From Wickerhamiella versatilis (lineage: Eukaryota), in the NCBI GenBank assembly GCA_030867685.1, contig JAQOWU010000008.1, forward strand, positions 3,038,001 to 3,102,000: a stretch of 64,000 nt of DNA, read 5' to 3'. The notes beneath the pieces are model-generated. The model was not told the DNA's origin. It ran no database searches and worked only from the letters and a program-made list of their open reading frames with translations. This document shows, in pieces, positions 1-10,274 of this stretch. Position 1 is the first letter of the stretch. Every line of letters begins with the position of its first letter. A program made the translations under genes and the position numbers.

Positions 1-142
1 TGACTCACCAAGAGGTGATCAGAGCCAAGAGATTATAGTTTCGGAATAGCCTAGCCAAATTAAAATATAAGATGGGCTACTAAATTTTGGTTAAATTTAA
101 AATATCGTGAAATCGTGATCATATACAAAAAACATAATGACC

Positions 143-1552
143 TCAAGCATGTAAAGAAGGATATCCGGAGCCTACAAGAAGTCTCCTGCCTGTCAAGAAT
201 AATACTGCAAAAAGAATTCCAAGAACAGCAAATGGAGATTTCACCCAATTGTCAGCCAGAAACCCCCCAATCTGAGTCACTAGTAGGATTCCAGCACTAC
301 CATATAGCGAATAAACGCCGGCTACACTCCCATTATGCTCTCGCCTTTTGTCCGTAGCCATCGACATGGAAACTGTCAATGTCCCAATTTGAGCAATACC
401 CAGTAGAGAGCAAAAAACAATTGCAGCATTAGACTCAACATTTGTGAGCTTTAGGAGACCTGCCATTGAAAATATACCAACTAAACTGCTGTAAAGTATC
501 ACTCGGGTTGGTCCCACGCGATCAGATACCCATCCTGCTATTGGTGCTGAAATGAGAGCGACAGTATTAGCAATACCAGTGAGAATTGCTGCTCTGACGA
601 CTCCATCACGGCATCCACTGCCATCACGAACTTCGCAGCGACCTATTTTGTAATACCAATCATTAACTACGAGAGGCACGAACAAAGAAAGCACTATTGA
701 AGATGCACGAGCGACAAGAGAACCAAAATAAGATACTTGAAGCCTGAAGTCCTCCTTTGCCGCTAAAAATCCTGCACGCAGCAATTCCACATAAGAAATC
801 ATAGGACCACCAGCATCTAAAGCTGCCTCATCGAAAATAGATATTTCTGCATTCCCAGTAAGCACAGATATTCCCTTCACCGGGCTCTGGTATAGAGTAA
901 AAAAAAGCATTGCACTCACCAAAAATCCGGAAATGCCCACAATAGAGAACGCCTTGCGTAAAGCTTCCGACGCATGAGCATCATATCCAAGACGAATAGG
1001 TAGAGGAAGCAACAAAACAACGGCAAATATAGCTCCCAATCCTGAAGAGAACCCTACCAATCCCGACAATTTACCGTTAAATCTCGAAGTTACGGTGGGC
1101 TCATCTGCTTGATGGTCATCTGTGGTGGGTTCAAGCAAAGGCATGTGATCAAAATACTGCAAAGGCATATTTACCTGACTAGTTTCGCCAAGTATTGCAG
1201 TCATCATTGATGTACAGGCCGCAACACCTAGGGCAAATAAAACTCTGCATAACAACAAGCCAGGATAAAGCGATGGTGCCCTAGGGTACAGAATCAAACC
1301 TAGAGACATCAGCCCAAGCCCAAATACAGCTACATAGCGAGTGCCGACTTTGTCACTTAGAGCACCCCAGAATGGAGCTGCGGCAATACATACCGACTCA
1401 TCGGCCAAAGCTAAAATGCTGCTTGTTGCACCCTGACGAACTTGCCCAAATATTTGAGATATAACAAATGGCTGGGTACTGTTCAGAAATACCATAAATG
1501 CCACCGTTATCGCGCAGAAGCATAAGTATGCACCAACATGGATAACTGCCAT
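143..1552 (-). CDS. Major facilitator superfamily transporter, substrate unknown
   Basis: 469 aa with about 12 hydrophobic segments and MFS motif A twice (GALSDKVGTR, GWVSDRVGPTR). Confidence 0.85.
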   Translation of the reverse strand: MAVIHVGAYLCFCAITVAFMVFLNSTQPFVISQIFGQVRQGATSSILALADESVCIAAAPFWGALSDKVGTRYVAVFGLGLMSLGLILYPRAPSLYPGLLLCRVLFALGVAACTSMMTAILGETSQVNMPLQYFDHMPLLEPTTDDHQADEPTVTSRFNGKLSGLVGFSSGLGAIFAVVLLLPLPIRLGYDAHASEALRKAFSIVGISGFLVSAMLFFTLYQSPVKGISVLTGNAEISIFDEAALDAGGPMISYVELLRAGFLAAKEDFRLQVSYFGSLVARASSIVLSLFVPLVVNDWYYKIGRCEVRDGSGCRDGVVRAAILTGIANTVALISAPIAGWVSDRVGPTRVILYSSLVGIFSMAGLLKLTNVESNAAIVFCSLLGIAQIGTLTVSMSMATDKRREHNGSVAGVYSLYGSAGILLVTQIGGFLADNWVKSPFAVLGILFAVLFLTGRRLLVGSGYPSLHA

Positions 1553-1765
1553 ATGGTTATGTAATTATAACTTGAATTGTTTTCAGTTATTGAAAGGCTG
1601 GTGATCACCCGCTGAGCACACAATTAATTAGCAATTAGTTTTCCTATTATAATATTTACTTCTAAGGGATCATAGAAGCTGCGAATCCTTCGGACTTTTA
1701 TGGGAGCCTAAAAGCACCAAGAGTCGATCCACATCTCGCTTACTAAGCGTGTTTACTCTCCGTAG

Positions 1766-4700
1766 ATGCGCGTTCAGAACCTGTTTATTGATGGGTTTAA
1801 AAGCTACTCGCGGAGGTGCGAAATAGATGACTGGGATCCACAGTTTAATGCCATTACGGGACTTAATGGTAGTGGTAAGTCTAATGTCCTGGACGCAATA
1901 TGCTTTGTTTTAGGCATAACATCTATGTCAACGGTTCGTGCAGACAAGCAGCAGGATTTGATCTATAAGCGTGGCCAAGCCGGTATTACCAAGGCAAGTG
2001 TAACAATTACTTTCGACAATACGGATAGGAATCGAAGCCCGTTTGGTTATGAGGATTTTCCTACCATCACAGTGACGCGACAGGTGGTATTGGGTGGTAG
2101 CAGCAAGTACCTCGTGAATGGACGTCGGGCTCAGCAGAGGGATGTCCAGTCTTTATTTCAAAGTGTGCAACTTAATATCAATAATCCAAATTTCCTTATA
2201 ATGCAAGGACAAATAACCAAAGTTGTGAACATGAAACCTCAGGAAATTTTAGGATTGATAGAGGAGGCAAGTGGTACACGTATGTTTGAGGAGCGTCGAG
2301 AAAAAGCTGAAAAGGATCTTGAAAAAAAGATACCAAGGTAGCTCAAATACGGCAATTGCTACTCGAAGAAATTGAGCCTAAACTTGCAACGCTGCGCAAA
2401 GAAAGAAGTGAGTTCTTGGAATTTCAGGAGATCCAGACAATGGTGGAGCGTAATGAAAAACTCATAGTTGCCTGGGATTATCTTGCACTACAAAACGAGC
2501 TTAATGCACTATTAGAACAGAAACAAGCAGCAGAGGTGCAGGTCCAGACATTAGGGGCTCAGCAGCATGAAGCGAAACTACGTTGCGAACAAATTGAATC
2601 AAGCCTTATAGAGCTACGGCAGACAACTGAATCATCAGAAATGGCGGTCAGCCTAGAGCAAGATCTTCAACATCAACAGGAGGAATATGCACGACTTCAA
2701 ACGAGCTTCGATGGGTCTAATGAGTCCCTTCGTGAAACCGAACAGAGAATCAAGTCACTTGTCCAGGAACGTGAATTTTTTGAGAGAGATCTTTCTACCA
2801 AAGAACATGACTCGAGAAAGTTTCGGGAGGAGTTCCATTCTCTGAGCTCACGACTTGAACAGTGTCAAGCTGAACTCCGGCAAAGACGTGATTTGCTGGT
2901 GTCACTAGAGACCGGATTGAGCACGTCAGTTGAAAGTGAGTCTGGATTTGCCCAGGCTACTAAGAGGGCAAGAGAAGGTGTTCTTACAGCCGAAGATCGC
3001 ATTCGCACTCTGGAAAGAGAGAAGTCAGAACTTGAGACGTCGCAAAGTAATAAACTGACTCTGGAAAACGAGCTCAATCAGGTTTCTAGCGATCTCCATA
3101 AGCGAAAATCTGAGATAAAAACCATAGAGGCCAGTCTTCCCTCAGATAGTGCGTCATCCGAAGCCTTTCACAAATTGAAGCAGGAGGCGAACAATGTTGA
3201 GAGGCAAATTCAACAATTAGAGCATGACCGTGAAATTATTTTGACCTCAGAGTCACGTTTGGAACTCCCGCCTCTTGGAAATGTGCCGCGTCAAGAAGTT
3301 TTTGGTCGCGTTGCCTCTTTATTTCGTGTCAAAACAGAACACAGAAATAAAATGGTAGCATTGGAAGTGTGTGCTGCCCATCAACTTTGGGATCTTGTTG
3401 TGACTTCCGATGCAATAGGAAGCCAAATATTGCAACAAGCGCAAAGACGTCTAACGGTGCTTCCACTAAACCAAATGTATAAACACAGACGTGATGGTGA
3501 AAATTTCCCCGTGAATAAGATACCTGGTGCTTGGATGGCAGTTACTCTACTGGACTTTGATAAAAAGTTTAGGCCAATTATGGACTATGTTTTCGGTAAC
3601 CATATCATTTGTGAGACACAGGAGCTCGCTATGGAAATGTGCAATAAGCACAGACTCAAGGCGGTCACTTTTGAAGGTGACGTATTTGACCCGCAGGGAA
3701 CCGTATCAGGTGGTTCAAGTAATAACCACGGTGGAGAAGAAAAGCTAGCTGTGGTAGAAAGATTTGTTGGAGTATGCGAAAAGCTTCAGAGTATTTCTGG
3801 ATTAAGAAAAAGTATGCAAGCGCAATTACTTGAAGCAAATGGCCATATGGAAAGTGCTCGACGCATCACGGAGGAACTAGCGATAAAATGCCATGAAGCA
3901 GAAGCTATAGAGGAACGGGGTGAAGTGCTCAAAGGTCAACTGAAATCTATAGAAGGCAAAAAGAATGACATCAAGAGGTTGGATGTCGAAATATCTCAAG
4001 CAACGGCGCTGCTTTCCAAAGCCAGAGATCTTCTCACGCAGACTGAACGTGAAGGCGATGAGTTCCAGCAAAATAAGTCTGGGAAGCTCGATGAAATAAG
4101 AGCCGATATCGCTCGTCGCGAGAAAGAGATAAAATCTCTTCAGATGGAGTATGACAAGCAAGAGAGGCAGCATACAGAAATCGAAATCGATATTGCTGGC
4201 TCTCGAGAGCGAAAGGAGCAGCTCTCCAACGAGGAGAGAGATGCGAATTTGCTCTTGAATGAACTTAAGGGTTCAGTCACGAGATGTCAGGCCGAAATGA
4301 GTCAAACTCAAACGATAATTGCTGAGCTTGAAGGCAGACTAGAGGTAGAACAACAACGTCTGTCGAAACATAATCAGGAAATATCCAAGATGGAGCAATC
4401 AATTACAAGCACTAAAGCCGCAGTAACCGAGTTTGAGTTGCAAGCGAAGCGAAGCCAGCAGTCCCTACAAGAAACGGATGAGCAGATAAAGCATCAAAGG
4501 CTAATGTTTGAGCAAATTGTGAAGAACAACGAATGGGTTGCTGATGAGAAGTCTCAATTTGGCCAAAGTAATGGGCCCTATGATTTCAACAGAGTCGATA
4601 TTTTGTCTGTAAAATCACAGCTTGGTGGTTCCCGAGAGCGTCTCTCAGAACTTTCTCAGAATGTGAACTTCCGTGTGGTTGCTATGATCGAGCGCCTCGA

Positions 4701-5244
4701 GAAACAGGAGGCAGAGTTGCAGCCTAAGGTAATGAAGATTGAGCACGATCGCCGGAAGATTAAGGAGACAATTGCAACGCTGAACGAACACAAGTCTGCG
4801 GCCCAGGAACAAACTTGGCACAACGTGAGCGAAGAACTCGGTAATATTTTAGGTGATCTGTTACCAGGAGCTTCTGCAGAGCTTGCAATGGCGGGGAAGT
4901 TCCTGGCGGATGGTCTCACTGTACGCGTACGTTTGGGACAGACGTGGAAGGATTCCTTGAATGAACTAAGTGGCGGACAACGGTCCCTGGTTGCTCTATC
5001 GCTTATTTTAGCCCTCTTACAATATCGGCCTGCACCTATGTATATTCTTGATGAAATTGACGCGGCGCTGGACGCCCACCATACCCAGAATATTGGACAT
5101 GTCATTCGAACGAGGTTTAATTTTGCTCAGTTTATTGTTGTGAGCCTCAAGGATGGGATGTACTCTAATGCCAATCAAGTTTTCCAGGCACGCTTCGAAA
5201 ATGGCTCTTCCACAGTACGATCTGTAAAATCTAAGCGTACCTAG
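1766..5244 (+). CDS. SMC2: Condensin subunit Smc2. The reading frame is interrupted by a 1-nt shift in the A-run at 2322-2328; about 1159 aa when rejoined.
   Basis: N-part has [21 protein letters not shown] (Walker A) and [15 protein letters not shown]-part has the hinge [13 protein letters not shown], signature LSGGQRSL and Walker [12 protein letters not shown]. The -1 frame continues seamlessly as [22 protein letters not shown]. Confidence 0.93.
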
Positions 5245-5544
5245 TTCTGGGGTCATGCTACCATTAAATTATTCTAAGTAGATTATGGAACTCTCTATCT
5301 ATGTATTAATAGATCACTGATTTTGACACGAAAGCGCTTGTCTTTATTCACTTTCAGTCATATAACGAACAAAATAATTTCTCGAAATCTTGGGAAACCC
5401 TCAATTTTTTTATTTTTCTACTAACTCCCGAGCGTTGGCGAATTTTGACTGCGCTTAGCGAATAAAAGAAGAAACATATTATTACGTAATAAAATCACTG
5501 TAATCGCTAGGAGCTGTTGATATCATAGAAGTCTGGCTCTTCGC

Positions 5545-8500
5545 ATGCCGTTTTCTTGCCCTGGTGATGTGTGGGAGGTAAGTGGGCTTGAAATATGCCA
5601 TAGAGAGCGGTATTTCGAGCTACTTCCTCTATCACTAATCCTTGTTATTCTGGTAGGATACTCAGCATACGCTTTTTCAACGAATCGTGCTCCTCGATCA
5701 TCAAATGAACCCAATGTCGAGCGCCCTGCAAATCGCTCAAATCCTGATGCTTTTATTGTTCTTCGTTCCCTTGGAATTCTAGGTAGACTGCGCTTGACTG
5801 GTGAACTACTACTTACATTTATACAAGTTGCGTTAGTGACCTATATGTGCTTCGCGAAGACTGTGAGAGAAGAATACTCCAAGTGGGCGCCCACCGTTCC
5901 TCTCGTTTATCTTCTGGAAAACTTTTACACGTTTATTCTCGTGCTCTATCGTTTTAAACATCGTCTCGACGTTGGACCTCCGTTGGTTGCGCGGCCATTC
6001 AATCAGTGCGCTTTCATATATACACTAAATCTTAGTGTTGTGGCCACTGTCTGGTATCAGCATGTCGTTTTTCCCTATTCTAATGCTTCCTCTCATCTAA
6101 GTACGTTGATGTTGATTGTTTCAGTAGCCTTGTGGCTCATACTTTTTACTAGCCCTATAGGTGATGGAGCCGCACGTGTGTACACAACTAAGGATTCACA
6201 TCCAGGGACTGAGACCGACAGCTCAATCCTTCGATATTTGGTCTGTAGCTGGAGCACAGACCTAATCTTCTTGGCAAAAAGAAAACAGCTTGAACCAAAT
6301 GACGTGTGGGAGCTTTCTGAGGATGCCCATGCCTATCGGTACTTTTCAAAACTTGCAGATGTCCCTGAGGAATACAGTTTTTTCCATAAGGTCATCTCTG
6401 TTTTAAAGTGGACTATCTTGGCAAACGTAGGTTTTGGGGTTGCAGCAGCTCCTCTATCTCTTGCGCCCACCATGTTTGTCAATCTCCTTCTTAAGTATAT
6501 TGAGGATCCTTCTCCTCCACGTCCTGTGGCATGGTTGTATGTTTTCGGTCTTGGTTTTGCCCAGCTTCTTCATAATGTAATTGTGAACCAGGCATTTTAC
6601 CATGGACGGCGACTCTCTGTCGGTATAAGGGCTTTAATTATTTGCAGCGTGTATCGCAAGGCGTTATATCGCAAAGTGGCGGTAACGTCCCCTGATTCCG
6701 ACGATAGCTCTAACAATCAGCAGGATGATCAAGATGAAGGGGATTCTGCAGAAGAAGAACATGAGTTTGATCCTAGCAGTACAGGAGCGGTACTCAATCT
6801 GATGTCAGTGGATGCATTTAAAGTGGCCGACTTTTGTGCATATCTTCATGACGTGTTTGCTTCACCGTTAACTGTGTTGGCATCAATATATTTCTTGTAC
6901 CGTATTCTAAGCTGGTCTGCATTTGCTGGGCTCGTTGTGCTTGTGACTTCCCTTCCACTGAACTACATTGTTGCAGAGAAAATAAGTAAAATTCAAGATA
7001 AGCTCATGGCAGTCAGCGATCGCCGTATTGCAAAAACCAACGAGCTGCTTTCGGCAATAAGGATTGTGAAGTACTTTGCCTGGGAGCAGCATTTTATTGA
7101 GTCTATATCTGAAACCAGAAAGAGAGAGTTGCATCTTTTGTACAAACGTTATGTTTATTGGTCACTAGGAGCTTTGTTGTTTCTGTTAATGCCAATGCTA
7201 ATCCTAGTAGCATCTTTCTGGTGTTTCGTTAAGATTCAAGGTGGTGTACTCACTTCATCTCGAGCATTTACTGCCCTTTCGATATATCAGATCATGCGTT
7301 GGCCCCTGGATGACATGCAGAATATCGTCACGAATATTGCAAATCTCCGGGTATCAACTAAGAGAATAAGCACCTATCTTCGCGAAGAGGAATCGCCACG
7401 CCAATCTAATCTAAGTGTGCCCACGCACCCTGATGATCCGGAGCTAGGATTCAAGCATGCGTCCTTCACGTGGGATAAATCAGCAACAAAAGGTGAGGCA
7501 TTCAAACTTCATGACCTAGATTTTGGGTTTGTTGTCGGCGATCTAAATGTAATTGTTGGGTCAACTGGAGCTGGAAAGACCTCACTCCTCCTGGCTCTTT
7601 TAGGAGAAATGCATCTTGAGAGTGGTGAGGTGTTTTTGCCACATACTGATCGTCCTGAAGCGCCTATCGACCCTACCACTGGACTCGCCAATACGGTGGC
7701 CTATTGTAGCCAGCAAGCTTGGTTGGTCAACGATACAATCAAGAACAATATTATTTTTGCTGCGCCTTATGACAGGCACCGTTATAAGCTTGTACTGGAT
7801 GTCTGCGAGCTTGGGCGGGATTTTGATGTTTTGAGTGATGGGGATCAGACACTGATTGGTGACAAGGGTATCGCGCTTAGTGGTGGCCAGAAACAACGTG
7901 TTTCTCTTGCTCGTGCTTTGTATTCAAACTCAAAGCATCTGATCCTTGACGATTGCCTGAGTGCTGTTGATTCTCACACTGCAGGTTCTTTATATGATAA
8001 TGCGTTGGCTGGATCTCTAGCCCAGAATCGCACGATAATTTTAGTCTCGCATAATGTTGCGCTCACCATATCGAAGGCTGCCAAGGTCGTTGTTCTTCAA
8101 AATGGACGCGTTGTGTCTCAAGGATCACCATCTGAAGTGAGCAGCTCTGGTCACTTGGGAGATGATGAGCTTGTAATTCGAAGTGCAGCCCAATCTATCA
8201 AAAGTCGCGCTAATTCACGGGCTGATTTGGTAGCCTTGCAAAATCCAGATCCAGAAGAGGCTTTAGGAATTGAAGTTCAAGCGAATGAAAACAAGCTATC
8301 TGAAGAAGAACGTGCTGTAGGGAAAGTTGACTCCAAGACTTTTGGACTTTATTTGCGGGCATTAGGGGGGCCAATATGGTTTGCGATAGCACTGATACTA
8401 GTTGTCAGCTCACCAGTTGTAGAATACCTGGAGGCTTGGTGGCTAAAGGTCTGGTCTTCGAATTCTACAGATAACTATTCAGCTTCCCTTTTATTACATT

Positions 8501-10209
8501 CGAAAGTTCACAATCTTCTGGTTACTTCGGGGGTTGATGATGATACTGCCAAATACCTTACATATTATGTGTCGATTTATGCGACTATTGGCCTGTGTGC
8601 TGGTGTTGTTGGTGCTGTTCGAGACATTGTATGTTATTTTGGATCGGTTTCTGCTTCACGGAAATTGTTTGATCGTCTTCTACATGTAGTCGTGCATGCT
8701 CGTGTGCGATTTTTTGACAAGACTCCTACGGGACGCATCATAAATCGGTTCTCTAAGGATATGGAGGGAATTGACCAAGAGTTGATGGCTAACTGGGTCT
8801 TCTTCGTTATGTCGGGAATTGACGCGATGACTGTCACAATTGTCATTTCATACGTAACGCCTATTTTCATGCCAATGGCATTGTTCCTTTTCTATATTTT
8901 TGCAAAAATAGGACAAACATATCTGAGTTGCTCTCGTGAACTTTGGAGGTTTCAGTCAGTATCTCGCTCTCCGATATTCCAACAATTCGGTGAGACTATC
9001 ATTGGAGCGGTCACAATACGGGCCTATGGATTCACTCGTAGATTTTATACGGAGAATATGAACCTTGTCGATTATAATCACCGGCCATACTTTTATCTGT
9101 GGCTAGCTAACCGGTGGCTTGCCTTCTGGTCTGAGTTCACAACAATGGCTGCTCTATTGTTCAGTGCGTCTCTCCTCGTCTGGAATTCTTCTGTTATTAG
9201 TGCTGGTATGGCTGGTGTAGCGCTCTCATATGCGATGAGCTTTGGAGATGCTGTACTATGGGTTGTTCGGCTTTATTCTGAAGTTGATATCCAAATGAAC
9301 TCTGTCGAGCGTATCGCAGAGTACTTTGATATTGAGCAAGAAGCTCCGCAACAGATCCCAGAATCACGCCCTCCGGTTGATTGGCCAGCTAGTGGTAATA
9401 TTGAGTTCCGCAATTTGAGTCTGCGTTACGCCGAGGAGCTTCCATTGGTTATCAAAAATGTTAGCTTCAAAGTGGACGGAGGATTGAAAGTTGGTGTCGT
9501 AGGTCGCACGGGTGCAGGAAAGTCCACAGTCATATCAGCGCTCTTCCGTATGCTGGAGGCGGATTCTGGATCTGTCTGGATAGACGGTGTCGATATTTCG
9601 ACGATTGGCTTGCGAGATTTGCGCCAAGCCCTCGCCATCATCCCGCAAGATCCAACCCTGTTCAAAGGGACACTACGCTCAAATCTCGATATGTTTGGTG
9701 AATACGAAGATAATGAAATCTTCGCAGCATTGGCTTGCGTTCGTCTCGTCCCTCAAGGAACTACTCGAGAAACCGCAGCACTCAATGACACCGAGGTTGG
9801 CGAAAATGCTAACCGCTTCCTCGATCTGGATAGCGCTGTTGCTGATGGTGGTTCCAACCTAAGCCAAGGTCAAAGACAGTTGGTATGCCTGGCACGTTCT
9901 ATACTGAAACACCCTCGTATTCTTTTATTGGATGAAGCAACGGCTTCAATCGACTATGACACAGATGCTATGATCCAACGTACGATCCGCTCAAGTTTCC
10001 ATGATGTCACTATTCTGACTATTGCGCATCGGCTGCGAACCATTGCCGATTATGACTTGGTATTAGTTCTCGAAAAGGGTAACCTTGCTCAATTTGGCAC
10101 ACCAGCAGAGCTTTTGAAGGACATAAATGGAATCTTTTACAGTATGTGCGAAAAATCAGGAGAAATGGATGCCCTGATTGACCTTGCTAATGGCCATAAA
10201 AGCCAATAG
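5545..10209 (+). CDS. YBT1: ABCC/MRP-type ABC transporter, Ybt1/Vmr1-like vacuolar bile-acid/xenobiotic transporter
   Basis: 1554 aa with an N-terminal TM extension, two TMDs and two NBDs (GSTGAGKT/LSGGQKQR/ILDD and GRTGAGKS/LSQGQRQL/LLDEAT). The ortholog call within the ABCC family is less certain than the family call. Confidence 0.8.
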   Translation: MPFSCPGDVWEVSGLEICHRERYFELLPLSLILVILVGYSAYAFSTNRAPRSSNEPNVERPANRSNPDAFIVLRSLGILGRLRLTGELLLTFIQVALVTYMCFAKTVREEYSKWAPTVPLVYLLENFYTFILVLYRFKHRLDVGPPLVARPFNQCAFIYTLNLSVVATVWYQHVVFPYSNASSHLSTLMLIVSVALWLILFTSPIGDGAARVYTTKDSHPGTETDSSILRYLVCSWSTDLIFLAKRKQLEPNDVWELSEDAHAYRYFSKLADVPEEYSFFHKVISVLKWTILANVGFGVAAAPLSLAPTMFVNLLLKYIEDPSPPRPVAWLYVFGLGFAQLLHNVIVNQAFYHGRRLSVGIRALIICSVYRKALYRKVAVTSPDSDDSSNNQQDDQDEGDSAEEEHEFDPSSTGAVLNLMSVDAFKVADFCAYLHDVFASPLTVLASIYFLYRILSWSAFAGLVVLVTSLPLNYIVAEKISKIQDKLMAVSDRRIAKTNELLSAIRIVKYFAWEQHFIESISETRKRELHLLYKRYVYWSLGALLFLLMPMLILVASFWCFVKIQGGVLTSSRAFTALSIYQIMRWPLDDMQNIVTNIANLRVSTKRISTYLREEESPRQSNLSVPTHPDDPELGFKHASFTWDKSATKGEAFKLHDLDFGFVVGDLNVIVGSTGAGKTSLLLALLGEMHLESGEVFLPHTDRPEAPIDPTTGLANTVAYCSQQAWLVNDTIKNNIIFAAPYDRHRYKLVLDVCELGRDFDVLSDGDQTLIGDKGIALSGGQKQRVSLARALYSNSKHLILDDCLSAVDSHTAGSLYDNALAGSLAQNRTIILVSHNVALTISKAAKVVVLQNGRVVSQGSPSEVSSSGHLGDDELVIRSAAQSIKSRANSRADLVALQNPDPEEALGIEVQANENKLSEEERAVGKVDSKTFGLYLRALGGPIWFAIALILVVSSPVVEYLEAWWLKVWSSNSTDNYSASLLLHSKVHNLLVTSGVDDDTAKYLTYYVSIYATIGLCAGVVGAVRDIVCYFGSVSASRKLFDRLLHVVVHARVRFFDKTPTGRIINRFSKDMEGIDQELMANWVFFVMSGIDAMTVTIVISYVTPIFMPMALFLFYIFAKIGQTYLSCSRELWRFQSVSRSPIFQQFGETIIGAVTIRAYGFTRRFYTENMNLVDYNHRPYFYLWLANRWLAFWSEFTTMAALLFSASLLVWNSSVISAGMAGVALSYAMSFGDAVLWVVRLYSEVDIQMNSVERIAEYFDIEQEAPQQIPESRPPVDWPASGNIEFRNLSLRYAEELPLVIKNVSFKVDGGLKVGVVGRTGAGKSTVISALFRMLEADSGSVWIDGVDISTIGLRDLRQALAIIPQDPTLFKGTLRSNLDMFGEYEDNEIFAALACVRLVPQGTTRETAALNDTEVGENANRFLDLDSAVADGGSNLSQGQRQLVCLARSILKHPRILLLDEATASIDYDTDAMIQRTIRSSFHDVTILTIAHRLRTIADYDLVLVLEKGNLAQFGTPAELLKDINGIFYSMCEKSGEMDALIDLANGHKSQ

Positions 10210-10274
10210 GAATATATGTCTTATATGTACCTAATCACTAATTCTGAAAATAAAATTAAAGGCTTCTATTGCTG

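Noticed and set aside
1741-1768. TACTAAG...TAG directly before the SMC2 ATG, suggesting an intron
   Set aside because: The protein already starts at the conserved Smc2 N-terminus, and no good donor site lies upstream.
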